Assembly: GCA_964252035.1 (NCBI GenBank) | Contig: OZ176201.1 | Source: Podarcis erhardii | Taxonomy: Eukaryota | DNA length: 64,000 nt | Reading direction: 5' to 3' (one strand) | Shown here: positions 1-12,509 of the stretch, piece by piece | Position numbering within the stretch: position 1 is the stretch's first letter | Layout of the letters: each line of letters starts with the position of its first letter | Made by a program: the position numbers and the translations under genes | Notes under the pieces: model-generated | The model's database searches: none | What the model saw: the letters and a program-made list of their open reading frames with translations, nothing else | Told to the model about the DNA's origin: nothing

Positions 1-480
1 TGGGTGTCTCGAGTCAGGGTAGCCAGACCCTGCAGGAGAGCAACCAGGCGCCTTGCAGTAGGAAGTTTCTGCACGACGCCAGTTCCTTGCAGCTGCAAAC
101 GCTTGCAAATCTTGCAACCCACGCAAGCTCCCTCCCTCTCTGCCTTCCTCCCCGGCTTGCTGGTGGAACTCGGGAGTCATATTACTGTCTCTGACTGACA
201 AGCTGTTACTTGCCCACTGCTGCTTAATTCAGAATTCAGTCCGTGTAAATGCGCCTTGCTAGTGCCAGTGCAGGCAGACGACGCTGACATTGCAGTGTTA
301 GCAGGTCCATGCTGTGCTTCCCGCGCGGTGAAAGCCCTGACACGTGTTAAGAAGTTTCTAGGAACCTTCTGCACTTTGCCCGGTGTATTGCATAACCGTA
401 TATAACCAAGCGCAAGAGACGTTAGAAGTAACCAGGCAGTCACCCACGTTGCTATGTTACAACAGCATAATGAGGAGAAC
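1..480. promoter_or_regulatory. CpG-enriched stretch, probably the shore of the TMEM94 promoter CpG island just upstream of the window
   Basis: Visibly more CG dinucleotides than the following intron; position 5 kb upstream of the first coding exon. Inference only. Confidence 0.3.
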
Positions 481-564
481 ATTACTGCAGCATATCTAAA
501 CGAGATGCTCGGTACTCAATCCTTTCAAGTACCGGTACTCTTCTCCACATCGTTACTTTCCTAA

Positions 565-668
565 TCAGATGCCCTCCAGACGTTGGCATACAACAACATG
601 GCCACTGGTTGGGGATGATGGGAGTTGTAGTCCAAAAACAGCTGGAGGGTGCCTGGTTGGGAGAGGTC
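565..668. mobile_element. Degenerate hAT-Charlie-type MITE fragment
   Basis: Shares GGGATGATGGGAGTTGTAGTCC...CTGGAGGG with the 18369 element. Confidence 0.55.
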
Positions 669-2239
669 GTTTTACCATGATGCAAGTGTGCCTCTCCCCC
701 CGCCCCCCATGCACTTTGTGGAAGTTTCCTCTGATGGTCAGCTGATTTTAAAAGTTTTCTTTTTAAATTTAAGAAAAAGCCTGTTTTTAACTAATGGACC
801 AATTTAGGTAAATATTTCAGTATCACGTTATTGCTGATCATATGTCGTCTTTTGACGAAGTAATGCAGAAAACTAATCCCTCAAATTCACCTTTTAAGGT
901 GTTAGCAGAATCCATTGTTCGCAACAATGTAATTGGTACTAAACCTTCCCACTCATCTCCATAGGGGTTTGCTTAGTAGTCAGATTTTTAAAACTACTGT
1001 ACTGTATAGTTAATTGGATTGATTAGTACTCCTGTGCCTAAATGACTACATTGCTGGTTACAAGCCATAGGGGTTTGGACAGTAAAAAGATTAAATGCCA
1101 GCAGTGCGATCCCACGTATGTCTATGCAGGAGTAAGGCCCATATAGTTCACTGTAATTTGTTTTTTTTCCCCTAGTTTGGTGCCCTGTTAACTGGGGTGA
1201 GGAGACTTCAGGCTGGCGAGATCTACTTTTAATCTTGTTAGAACATTTAAGATCTACCAACCAGAGCTTGGTGTAAAAGAAATACACTTGGACAAAAATA
1301 ATCATGGGCCTAGGAATTTGTTTTGAGTACTGGAATTGAGTTCAGACTTTCTACTTGCCCTTAGCTTTCTTAATTTTACTAGGGAGCCATTTAGTTTCTG
1401 CTTTATTAAACAATGCCATGTCTATGTTTGGTGGCTCAGCGGTGGAAAGGGTATGCTAGCTTAGTGGAGATATTCTCTAACTACATCCAAAACATTTTCC
1501 TCCTTCCAATAACCAATGTGGAGTCTGCATAAATTATCTAAATGATCCCATCCAAATAACATTCTATAATTTTCTTTTAGAGATTTTTTTTCTCATAAAA
1601 ACAATGACTTCAAAATGTTACAGAAAATGCACCTGCAGAGACTATATATGTTGCTTCCTTTACATCATATGTGTAAAACAACAGAGGAACTAGTCAGCTC
1701 TTAGGCTGGAAATGATCTAATAGAGGTGTTTAAATTTAGGGAACTCATGTCTGCCAATGAGCAGGTTTTATTTCTTTATTCCATTTGTATCCTACCCTTC
1801 CTGCAAAAAGCTCGTGATTGTGCCTTGATGCTGCAGTCCTGTGTTTGCTTCCGGAGAATAGGCCCTTTTGAATGCAATGAATATTAGTTCTTTGGAATCA
1901 TATGTAGGGTTGTGCTGCATCTATCACAATAACCCTGTTTTGTAGGTTAGGATGGGGGAGTTTGACTTTTGCAACATTTGGCCAGTGAACATCATAGCTC
2001 ATGGGAGAGTTTCCCACATCCAAACCCAGATTATTCTATACTATTATAGCCTGAATTTGCTAGCAGACTTCGCTACTCTTTGTGATAATTCCAGACATCA
2101 CTATACCAGCATGGTAGGTATGTGATTCCCCAAACCACCCAAGATGAGACTAGACTAGACTGTTAATGGTCTGAATTTGCTAACATACTTTGCTGCTTCC
2201 ATGTAATAATTCCGGATAATAGGTTTGGGTGCAGATCTA

Positions 2240-2406
2240 GGGCCACATCCACACCACAGATTTAAAACACATGGCTTCCCGAAAAGAACTCTGGGAGCGG
2301 TAGTTTAGCCCTGACAGAGCTACAATTCCCAGCACTCTTAACAAGATTCTTTGTGGGAAGCCATGTGCTTTAAGTGTGCTTTATATGCATGGTTTGGATG
2401 TGACCC
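2240..2406. mobile_element. Palindromic MITE-like repeat
   Basis: Ends GGGCCACATCCACACCA / TGGTTTGGATGTGACCC are inverted; internal CACATGGCTTCCC / GGGAAGCCATGTG inverted pair. Confidence 0.6.
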
Positions 2407-3317
2407 TGGACCTTTTGAAACCAATGGAAGGGATGTACTGAGGGATGGCAGGGGTAACGGGCATGCAGAGTGCCCACCCAAAATAAGCCCTAGTCTTTTG
2501 CTCCAAAGGTGAAGAATGTGGTTGGCTGCTTTAGTTCTGGGTGGTGCTCAGAACAAGCACCTGCCTACCCCCAGCAGCAAAGCAAACCCAGGTCCTGCTG
2601 GCCTTTTGGGCACTGTATCGCTGAACCCCTTTGAAGAGCCTCAGCAGCTCAGTGCTGAACAGGTCTCTCCTCTGCTTCTCAACTCTTGAGTTTAAAGCTG
2701 GAGAGAGGAGCTGTGGTCATCCCCACAGTTGCACTGGGCTTCCACAACTCCACAGAAGATCCCATCTCCCTCCAGCTGCAAAACTGGGAGGGGAAATTGT
2801 GCTGCACACCTGTGGGAGATCTGGGACAAAGTCATGCGACAAGGATAGGATCTTGGCGTCCAAAGGTTTTAGCTTATTCAACAAAGGCAGTCTGAATTTT
2901 TTGAACTTTGCATATTCCCTATGTGTTTTTTATAATGTCCAAAAGAGAGTTGTTGTAGTTTCTTTATTTCTGACAAACTTGAAATCCTTTATTTCCCCCC
3001 GCCCCTTGAATGAAACTGTAGGTAGCACTTCTAACTTGATTAAATTTGCTTGTGCAACCAGGAACAATATAAATTTTGCTTTGGCGCTGGATGTGGCCAG
3101 GCATTGTACTGATCGAATGGCGAATGCATACAATGGCTGCAGCTTTTTAAAACACGTTTTCTTTATAAAAGATCTAGGAGAATGCACATGTAAGCAAATA
3201 TATCCCATAGAGCCTTGAGGAGTAGCTGGTTAAAGGCAAATCAGGTTGTGAAAACGATATCTGAACAAAGCAATGTATCGGAGAGTGTAGGTAAGCGCTA
3301 AGGGTGTCATTATGTAA

Positions 3318-3353
<36 letters not shown>
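3318..3353. repeat. (ATT)12 microsatellite
   Basis: Read directly. Confidence 0.95.
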
Positions 3354-3356
<3 letters not shown>

Positions 3357-5490
3357 CTTAACCAATTGCTGTTGGGTAGCTTAAGGCTGTGTAGAGGAGG
3401 CCTTTGGCCAGAAGCTGAGAAATGGGGATCACTACTTGTTCTTTGCTTTTGAGGTGAGAGGTAAAGTTTCGGGTGTTATAGTTTGAATGTTGATGGTCAG
3501 GAGGCATGGTTTGCTTTTAAGATCACATTACAGCTTGCTGCCAGAGACAGAATGTCTCACTGCAGTGCAGCCCATATTCCTGTCTTGCACAGCTGTCTTG
3601 CCTCTTGACCTTCTCTATCAAGTGGCACAGAATTGAGCTTCTATTGCTAAGAGCTAAGATTTTTATTTTATTTTTGCAGGGTGGGTGGGAGTATTTTTGT
3701 TTTGATCTTGCTTCAGGCATTTTCTGCTTTTTTGACAGTCATTTTGAAGCTATATGTTTCCAAATTTGGCTATTTCAGAGTGCAATTGTTAATAGTTTTT
3801 AAAGCAACAACAGACCACCAACCAGAGCATCTTATTTCCCATTCTGCTGCAGGTATTTGTGTGTTTAAAGGCAGAGCATGAAATATTTCAGCAAGATTTG
3901 TGCTACAGCTTCCTCTCATTCCGCAGCTGCCATCATCTGCTGTGCTCTGAAAACATCTCCTTGTAGCATTCTATTCCTGAACTGGGCTGACAGGGCAAGA
4001 TTAAGCTAGTGAGAATCCTTTCCATCCTGGGCTTCAGATAATGGAAATCAGGGACACAGTTCAAACTGAAGGCAAATTCTGAGGTTGTGCCAGACTGAAA
4101 GCATATAGCTCAAAGGAATTTCTAGAGGATGGCTGTTTAGCTAGCAAGATGTGCTGAATATGGTCAATGCTGTGTGTACTTCACACTAAATGAAATTGCA
4201 TCACGAAGAGCTAAATTCTGCACCCTTGATATATTATATGCCAATTTACACATACCTATATACTGATTTTTTTGTAACTTACTCTGCTTTCGTATAATTT
4301 ATTCTGCAAAGGATTATGCGCTGCTGCCTTGCTCCCTAAACACTAGAAATCCCGCTTAGAACTCTCCTGTTTTCAAGAACAAATCAGTGTTACAGCTCAT
4401 CAGTAACATATTATAATTTTCTCTTTTGGGTTTCTGGATTGTGGTGATACTGTTGATGCTATTAGGATTCCTACTTGAGTACTTTATGCATATTTCTATT
4501 TTAATGTTTTTCATTAAGTATATGATATACATCTATTTTGGTTTTCTTCATTTTCTATGTTGCATTTGGTGGTGTCTAGCTGGAAAAAAAACACTTTATG
4601 TTTCTAAATAAAATGATGTGTTTGAGTGTGCAAAGTCAAGCTAAATTAGATTCCCCCCAATGCATGTGGAAATACAGGCCAGTCTTATTACTGAAAACAA
4701 TTCAGTTTTCAAAGATTGACTAGATTTTAACCTTTACTTTAGGAGCTGGTAGAAGACCTGAGCCAGACTCTAATATCTAGCAAGTCTACAACTGAGGCAC
4801 AGACTATGATTGGAATTTGACCCACAGGTCACAAAACGCTTGTTGGGAGAAACAGCTTGCCAGCTAGGCTCTGCTAATTCCAGCTATGCTAAGATTTTCT
4901 TTACTGATGATCTAGCACCTTTCTTTAGACACTCTAGCCAGTGATGGATCTGGCTTGTGCTCGACTCTGTAGTGTAACCACCTTGTCAAAGCAGATTTGA
5001 TGTGTTGTTTCAGATAGCGGGAGAGTCATGACTACAGGATCCATTGGAGATTATCTGGGCAGGGACCTGGTCAGAGATAAAAATAACAAGACAAATAGCT
5101 ATAAGTGACAGGCAGCCTCTATCACAAGCCTCCTGGCTGGCATTTGAGCATGGCGTCTCTGCAGCACCTGATGAAATCTGGCTTCTTACTTAGAGGCTGA
5201 GCTTGGCAGTTCTCTTGGACATGTCAAGAAAATGCATTCAGTGCCAAGGCAATAATCATGTTATGCCTTACAGGGGATTTCATTTTGCCCGTGGTACTGG
5301 CCTTTTCAGTAGTTAATACAGATGGACCCTATTTAGTGGTGGGGTGGAAGTGTTGCAGAAGGTACAATAAGAGCCATCTTCTGTTTTCTCATCTGTCTAG
5401 ATCAGTTGTGATCTTGAATTCTCTAAAGTGCTTTACTTTAAGAGAGAGTGAAGGTAAAAGAGTGACATTTAACCCCTTTTGTTTCTGTAG

Positions 5491-5598
5491 ATGTTATCAC
5501 TAAGGCACGCTAATTGAGCTTCATACGTTATCTAGAAGAGGACCTCTCACGGAATGGTGGTTGTGGTCTTCTGGGTATGCTCTGTCCACTGAGTAACC
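5491..5598 (+). other. TMEM94: 5' UTR part of the exon carrying the MDSK start codon
   Basis: Acceptor cccctttt-gtttctgtAG|ATGTTATC at 5490/5491; continuous to ATG 5599 and donor at 5623. Confidence 0.75.
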
Positions 5599-5622
5599 AT
5601 GGACTCCAAGGAGAAGTGTCAG
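5599..5622 (+). CDS. TMEM94: TMEM94 coding exon 1A (MDSKEKCQ)
   Basis: aaccATG GAC TCC AAG GAG AAG TGT CAG|gtaggt: 8 codons, phase-0 donor; resembles the human start MDLKEKHL in length and sequence. Confidence 0.85.
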
Positions 5623-5784
5623 GTAGGTTTTTTTGGTCATGTTGTAGCTACTGTAGTTCTAGATGAATCTCTCGATTGAATTTGCTTCTGGTTGACTTTA
5701 GTTGGAAGATGATGAGTGGCCAGGTGTTCTTAATGTCAGAATGGCTTTCATTGGTGAGAATCTGGAAACCCAGATTCATATTTA

Positions 5785-6008
5785 CAGTGGTACCTCGGGT
5801 TACAGACGCTTCAGGTTACAGACTCCGCTAACCCAGAAATAGTACCTCGGGTTAAGAACTTTGCTTCAGGGTGAGAACAGAAATTGTGTGGCGGAAGCAG
5901 CGGGAGGCCCCATTAGCTAAAGTGGTGCTTCAGGTTAAGAACAGTTTCAGGTTAAGAGTGGACCTCCAGAACAAATTAAGTACCGGTACTTAACCCAAGG
6001 TACCACTG
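5785..6008. mobile_element. Tc1/mariner-pogo (Tigger-like) MITE, family A copy 1
   Basis: TA|CAGTGGTACCTCGGGTTA ... TAACCCAAGGTACCACTG|TA; near-identical to copies at 8637 and 30330. Confidence 0.9.
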
Positions 6009-7954
6009 TACTCTGTATGTGTTTTTCTACTACTTCCTCTTTACAACTGTGGAGGTTACTTCCAAGTAATCATTAGCATATATAACATAGTTTACATACT
6101 GTTCTCCTGGACAAGATGAATGCCAAGGGTTACTGCTGTGGGATATGTTGAACTTCTTGGGAGATATAGCTTGTGAACTTGAATGTAAGCTGTTTTCTGG
6201 CAGTGATAGTTGGTTAACAAAGGTCTTGCTTTATTAAGGATGATCATTGTGTGATTGTGTTGCCACACCGTAAAACTTACAAAACCATGAGATTAGCTCT
6301 GAAATTATTAACTTTGGAAAGCTGCTTTTGAGCCTTCTTTTTACTTTTCAAGATTTTATCCACAGCCATCAGCACTGGAAATGCTTTTTCTCATTTATTG
6401 TTTTTAGCGATGCACTACAAATATAGGACACCAGAAAATGAAAGTTCCCATAGGTCCATGGCACCAAACTTTATATGATCATAGGCTCTAGTTTGCTCAC
6501 TTTCTGTGATTTTAACAGTTTTTCATGGTTACAGTTGTTGCAGAAATTATGCCATTTGTATGTGACCAGCTACTTGTTAACTTGCTTCTTCCTCCATATC
6601 AATGGGGGCAAGTGTGATCCCTTGAAAACATCAATGTCCACTAAATTTCCAGTTCTCAGTGATGGAGGCATACAGTGACTAAAAGTGGGGGAAAGCAGAA
6701 AAAACAGGAGAGAGAAATGCTAGAGGAACTGATGTGTGAATCTATTCAAAGTAAAACATTTTATTTCACAAACCTACTTCTGGATTTATTGCTTGTATTT
6801 ATTGATTTATTAATGAAACCAAATCCCAAGACAGACTGCCTTTTGTTGGTAGAAAGGGACTTTTGATGTCAGGTGGAGTCTTGTTTGGCTGTGCATTTAG
6901 GAATTAAATATTACTGTTTACGCTTTCTCCATGGCTTCTTAACCTGCATCTTTCCAGAGAGATTGTTTTGTATGGAATGCTGGTAGGATGGCATTCCTTA
7001 TGCTTTGTTCAATCTGATCCAATCTGACCCAAGCATGTGTATTTAAGGACAGTTCATCTTGTTCACGTGGGTTGTGTGGAATAGGGGTCCTCAACCTTCT
7101 TGAGCATAGACAAAAAAAGGAGGCAACACACCTTCCCCCAAATAGGAAACACCCCTGGAAAAAGTCTCTTTAAAACAAACAAACAAATTAGGACAGGCTT
7201 GATGTCTGAGGGTGCCCATAGTTCCTATGGATTTCCCCTTGGGGACCGTGGTAGAGGAGCACAATTTCTAGAACTACCTCTGCAAGTGCCAGACTGAATA
7301 ATGTGTTAGCAATGTAGCAAAGGGTAGCATCCTTTTATTAGCTGAATATGCTCAATCTAGCTTTGTCCTTGGTATCTTGAAGCAGGTGCATATTCTAATC
7401 TGAACAGGCATAGCTTATCCCTGGGTAGTGTATCTGCTACCTATTACCAGATGAAGTGGGAGCAATTCAACTATTGGAGTGTCTTAATGATCAATGGCAT
7501 GTGGTTGTTGTTGTTTTAAAGTGAGAAGTTGTTTCACAATTGCAATAGTTGTGTGGCGAGGACAGGCTATTTGGTAGTGGTAATAGGAAAATGTTTGGGG
7601 TGAGGAATACCCATTACAGCCTTGGCGTTAACACTTCTCTCATGGGTGTGTTTTGTGGTCTCATTGTGTTGTGTTGTGAGATGTTTTTTGTGTGCGCATT
7701 AAAAGAGGATGTGGCTACAACTGTTGGGGTATCACTGCCCTTTTCTTTGGAAATCCAGCCTTCATTGTGCAACATGTGCTGACTTGCGCTTAAAAAAGTG
7801 AGGAGCCTGGGAACAGGAAGGAAAAATCACAAGGACAGTAATAAAACTTTGAAGGTTGGAGGATTAGAGGGAACTCCAAGACACAGACTTGGTGACCAGC
7901 AGGATCCTTGCCCAATACTCTGCTCCCTCACAGCTACTTCAGTCAGAGCCTTCC

Positions 7955-8098
7955 TTAATCACACGCCCTCCAGGTGTTTTAGTGTTCTCCAGATATTGTT
8001 GTGGACTCCAACAACCATCATCCCTGACCATTGGCCATTCTGTCTGGAACTGATAGGAGTTGTAGTCTGTAGGAAGACACCAGGTTGGGGAATGCTGT
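7955..8098. mobile_element. Degenerate hAT-Charlie-type MITE
   Basis: CCCTCCAG...CATCATCCCTGACCATTGGCC...GGAGTTGTAGTC core shared with the 18369 family. Confidence 0.55.
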
Positions 8099-8636
8099 AC
8101 AATAAGTCCCATAACTATGTGGGGTCGAGAGAGAGAGAATCTTGAGATTCTTACTTTGCAGATGGATAAATAAATATGTTGTTTGGCCACACATTCTTTG
8201 ATGCATTTACATCTAAAGTGTGGCAAAAGCCTTCTTGCCAGTTGGCAGGTCAGTCTGGATGATCAAGCTACCTGAGTCAAAGATTTTGCCCTGGGATATT
8301 TGGACATTTGCATGGGATCAAAAATTGCACCAAATGATGTGCTCTGTATTGTGTTAATGAGTATGTGCATTACTTATAGCTGTTACTTTGAGATAATGAG
8401 GGATGGAGGAATTCCAGTAGTGTACTTTCTCTGTCTGGTTAGGGACAAATCTGCATATCTGTCCTGGCTCTCACTGAATGAAGAACTCAGACTTGGAGTA
8501 AGGCTTCTGCTCAAATCTTTAATGCCCAGGTCAGTAGATATATGGGCAAAAACAGGGTCAAAGGCACAGCAGATACATGGCTAAGGCTTTGATCCAACAA
8601 AACAACGCACCCTCTGAGTTCCTGTTACAGTGGTTA

Positions 8637-8864
8637 CAGTGGTACCTCAGGTTATATACGCTTCAGGTTACAGACTCCGCTAACCCAGAAATAGTACCTC
8701 GGGTTAAGAACTTTGCTTCAGGATGAGAACAGAAATCGTGCCCAGTGGCGCAGCAGCAGCAGCAGGAGGCCCCGTTAGCTAAAGTGGTGCTTCAGGTTAA
8801 GAACAGTTTCAGGTTAAGAACAGACCTCCAGAACGAATTAAGTACTTAACCCAAGGTACCACTG
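8637..8864. mobile_element. Tigger-like MITE, family A copy 2
   Basis: TA-flanked, same terminal inverted repeats; the left end is preceded by a tandem copy of GTTACAGTG (8624-8632). Confidence 0.9.
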
Positions 8865-9759
8865 TATATGGAAATGGGGCGGCACAACTTCAGCAAGGCA
8901 AGTGGGCAAGCAAATGCAAACTTCTAGAGGCTGGACCTAAGTTGTCTGTTCTTGGCTATGTTGGCACCTCCATGACCTAGGTGATGGAGAGGGGGACAGC
9001 TGCTGCTCCAAACCAAACTAAGTGTCTGAGTCCTCCTGGGAGGTTGGACTAAAGGCAGGCTCCAGCAGTGACAAGATCAGAGGTGGAAAAAAGCACAGAA
9101 GCATGGGGTGGGTGGGTACAAGGTGCCTGGGTGACAAAGAAGGGAGTAAAGCAGAGTGCTGACAGATTACACCACTGAGACCCTTCCCAGGATCTGACTC
9201 CTCATTTGTGACTCTGTTCCCCTCTTGAGGTCCTGGCACAGCCCCTCCATACCCACTGGGCCCTGCCCCAAGGTCGTCAACCAACTGACCCTCTGACTTT
9301 TCTTCCTCCAATCCTGATCCAACCAGCCCCTCCATGATGTCTCTTTAGGACTCAGGACAATTTCTCCTCTTGAATTTTGTACATCTTCTGCCCTTCTAAC
9401 CCAACTACAGTGTATGCTGGATCTCAATAAACCTAACAAAGCTTGCTAATAATGGCTCAGTGACCCATTTTGGTATTGATCAGTGTGAGATATACAGCAA
9501 TTACCGTACCATACCTTGCAGAAATGCTTTCATGACCTCAGTGGTGGCATTTTCTTGGAACAACTGAAACGTAAAACCTTTTTGTGCAATATGGGGCATG
9601 TCTGTTTAGGAACCAAGCATTTATTTCTATGAAGAGAGTGAAGAAATCTTACTTCTCTGCCATCGTTACTTCCTCATAGTTTGGGGATATCTCTGGATCC
9701 AGCATTGTTACGGGAGACTCGGGTGGCTTTTTTCACTTATAGCCAGTTTTCCAGCTACA

Positions 9760-9970
9760 GCCCCTTTTGAGCAGAGATGACTCTGCTGTAGTACTCAATG
9801 CTCTGGCAAGACTGAATTATTACAGTGTGCTGCCTGGGACTGCCTTTGAAGATAACGCAAACTTCAGCAGGTTTCAAATGCAGCAGCCAAATTATTGGCT
9901 ACAGTTCAGTTTAGAACTCACATAATCTCAGTCTTAAAACAATTGCACTGGTTGCCAGTTCATTTCTACC
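9760..9970 (+). mobile_element. Old L2-type LINE ORF2 fragment
   Basis: AAATGCAGCAGCC...TTAAAACAATTGCACTGGTTGCCAGTT resembles the L2 (Q)NAAA...LxxLHWLPV C-terminus. Confidence 0.6.
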
Positions 9971-10609
9971 CTGAGATGGTGCATTTTTATGGTGCTTTTT
10001 TTCCCTGAGTGTACAGGATGATTCACTACTGACTATGTGTCTCACCTGATGTAACTTAAAAACATCAGAGTGCATTTTTTAGCGGTACTGGCCAAGTTGG
10101 CAAAAAAAAAAAAAAATATGGTGCAGGAAGTATTGTGGGGCTGAAGAAACCCAATCTGCCCAGCTGCATTGTCAGAGAACTTGAGACTCTGAAAGATAAG
10201 GGTTTTATTGTCTAGTCTCTGCAATCCACACAGTTCCACTGCCAATAGCAGCTGAGAATAACCGTTGCTCAGATGTGGTGCAGCTTGGCATCCAGTCCTG
10301 GCTAAGAACCAGGTATTGCAGAAGAAGAGAGCAAATATCCTAAGAGGTCATCCAGAAATCTTTGAAATTCAATTTAACAGGCAAGTTATCTGTTCTGATT
10401 CCTCATTCTGTTTAATGCTGGCAAGAACAGTCCCCTCTCTGGGATATGCAAACCACGTGAAGCAGTTAGCAAATCCAGTTTTGCTGTTTTTCCTCTCAGT
10501 TTAACTCTGGTTCCGATAGAGATTTTGGAAACGTCTGCTTTTGCTCAATAGCAGCTTGTTGTGTTGTCTGGACCAAAAAACAGTTAAGTTTGTGTGAAAC
10601 AAGCCAACT

Positions 10610-11300
10610 TCAAAGCAGGGTTAAAATTATTTTGACAGGATGGACAACTAAGCCAACAAAATGAAGTTTTGCAGACTTAAGTGTAAAGTTCTGCTTTTTG
10701 GTGCGAAGACTCAGGTGTCAAGATACAGGATGGGTGACAAATGATTTAACAGCACATTTGAAAAGTATATGGGAGTCCACATGCTAAACGCGAGTCAGTA
10801 GTGTTGTCAGGTGTCTAAAAAGGCTAATGCAATTCTAGATTGCATGAGAATTCATGGTATCACTTTGTTCTTCTTTGATCAGGACTCACAGTTCTGGACA
10901 CTGCGGCTTAGAAAGGACATTGACATATTGGCACATCCAGAGTACAGCAGGGAACCCGGGGATCAGGTTTTGTGAGCAAAGGCTGAAGGGGCTGGGTATA
11001 TTATTTTGGAGATTTTAAATTTAGATTATAGAATAGCCATCTTCAAATATTTGAAGGGCCACCACATAGATCATGGAGCAGATTGGTTTTCTATTGCTCC
11101 AGAGGAGAGGACCCAAACCAGTGAGTTCAAATCATGAGAGAAATGATTTAAATGTAAGAAATTATTTCCTGATTCAAGCTGTATGACAGTGGAACAGACT
11201 GCCTTGAAAGGTGGCAAATTCTTCTTTGTTAGAAGTTTTTAAATCAGAGACTGGAGGGCCCTGATCACAGGTGCTGCTGTACTGGATTTACTTCAGCAGC
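10610..11300 (+). mobile_element. Degraded CR1 LINE 3' fragment
   Basis: TACAGGATGGG, AAAAAGGCTAATGCAATT, CTTCAAATATTTGAAGGG and TCTTTGTTAGAAGTTTTTAAATCAGAGACTGGA are typical of CR1 ORF2. Confidence 0.8.
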
Positions 11301-12509
11301 TGATGCTGAACTTGGAAGTAGATGAAATTACCTTTTGAAACAACAAACCAAAACATAATTAACGTAGCCACAGTTTATTGCTGTAGGGGACACAGCAAGC
11401 TGTGGTTGAGCAAAAACAGAAACCAAAGCTTCTAAACAACTCCCGCCTATGCCAGGGAGGGACTGAATGTGGAAGCCCAAGGCACACCTCCGCTCCTTCA
11501 CGTCACACTAAACTATGGTTTAGCATAGGTTTTAAAAGGAGCCATTATGTCACTGTTCTGGGTCATTTTATTTTCTCTGTGACGAAACACCAGTGCTGGG
11601 AAAAGGACAGTTTTCTTCATGGAAGGCTCCATTGTTGCAATAATGAGTGTTGTGTAAATCCCATTGGTAGTGATGTTTGGGATGGACAATATAATTACCA
11701 ATGTAAATACCTTCTTCTATTATCCAGTAGCTCTGCTTTTTCCATGGCTGTTTGCAATCTTCTTCTTCTTTTTAATTGGAATCCACAGACTTCTGTTCTT
11801 TAGTGCTAGAGTGCATGCATCCAATAGTAGCCTGGTTTGCATGTCAAATTAAAGCATAGTTAAAATAAACTGTGGTTTAGTGTGAATGAGCTGTGTGCTG
11901 GTGCATGGTGCTGCAGTTGTGGGCCTTTCTCTCTTCCCCTGCCCCTGCTTTTACCAGTTTCCTCTACCACACTATCTATTTTGCCTTGTCTATCATACTG
12001 AATTTCACCACCCGCACCTCTGCCTCCCTTACTTTGTTGTGTCTGGATCTTAAAAGTTCTGCACCTTTCTACTTCGTCTTGACCAATCCATCTCATTTTA
12101 ATGTGCTTCTGTTTCCCTTACCATATTGTGCTTTCCGTAGAAGTACCTTGATACAGCTTACATTTGTGCAAGCTCCACGTGCGAGTAATTGATGAGGCGC
12201 AGGCACATATCAGGGTCATGTAGTCATGAGCGGATGCAAAGCAATACAGGGCTGTGCCTTTTGCTAGAGTTCATGCCCTTATTTTTCATGCTGCTCACAA
12301 TGTGAACAGAAGTGGCGACGAAGTGCCTTAACCTCTTCAGACATCTCTCCCGTCCTTTCATCTCTTATTTTAATCAATGGTGTGGCTCCCGCCTTTCCTT
12401 CGGGATAGCTGCCACTTGAGAAATAGCGCTCCACTTTTCTTCTACTGGGCTTAACACTTCTCTCACATACAATATGCACACGCACACTGCTTTTTAGCTG
12501 GGAAATGTT

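Noticed and set aside
2631-3218. 195-aa ORF
   Set aside because: Starts at TTG, low-information translation, no splice signals or recognisable homology; chance intronic ORF.
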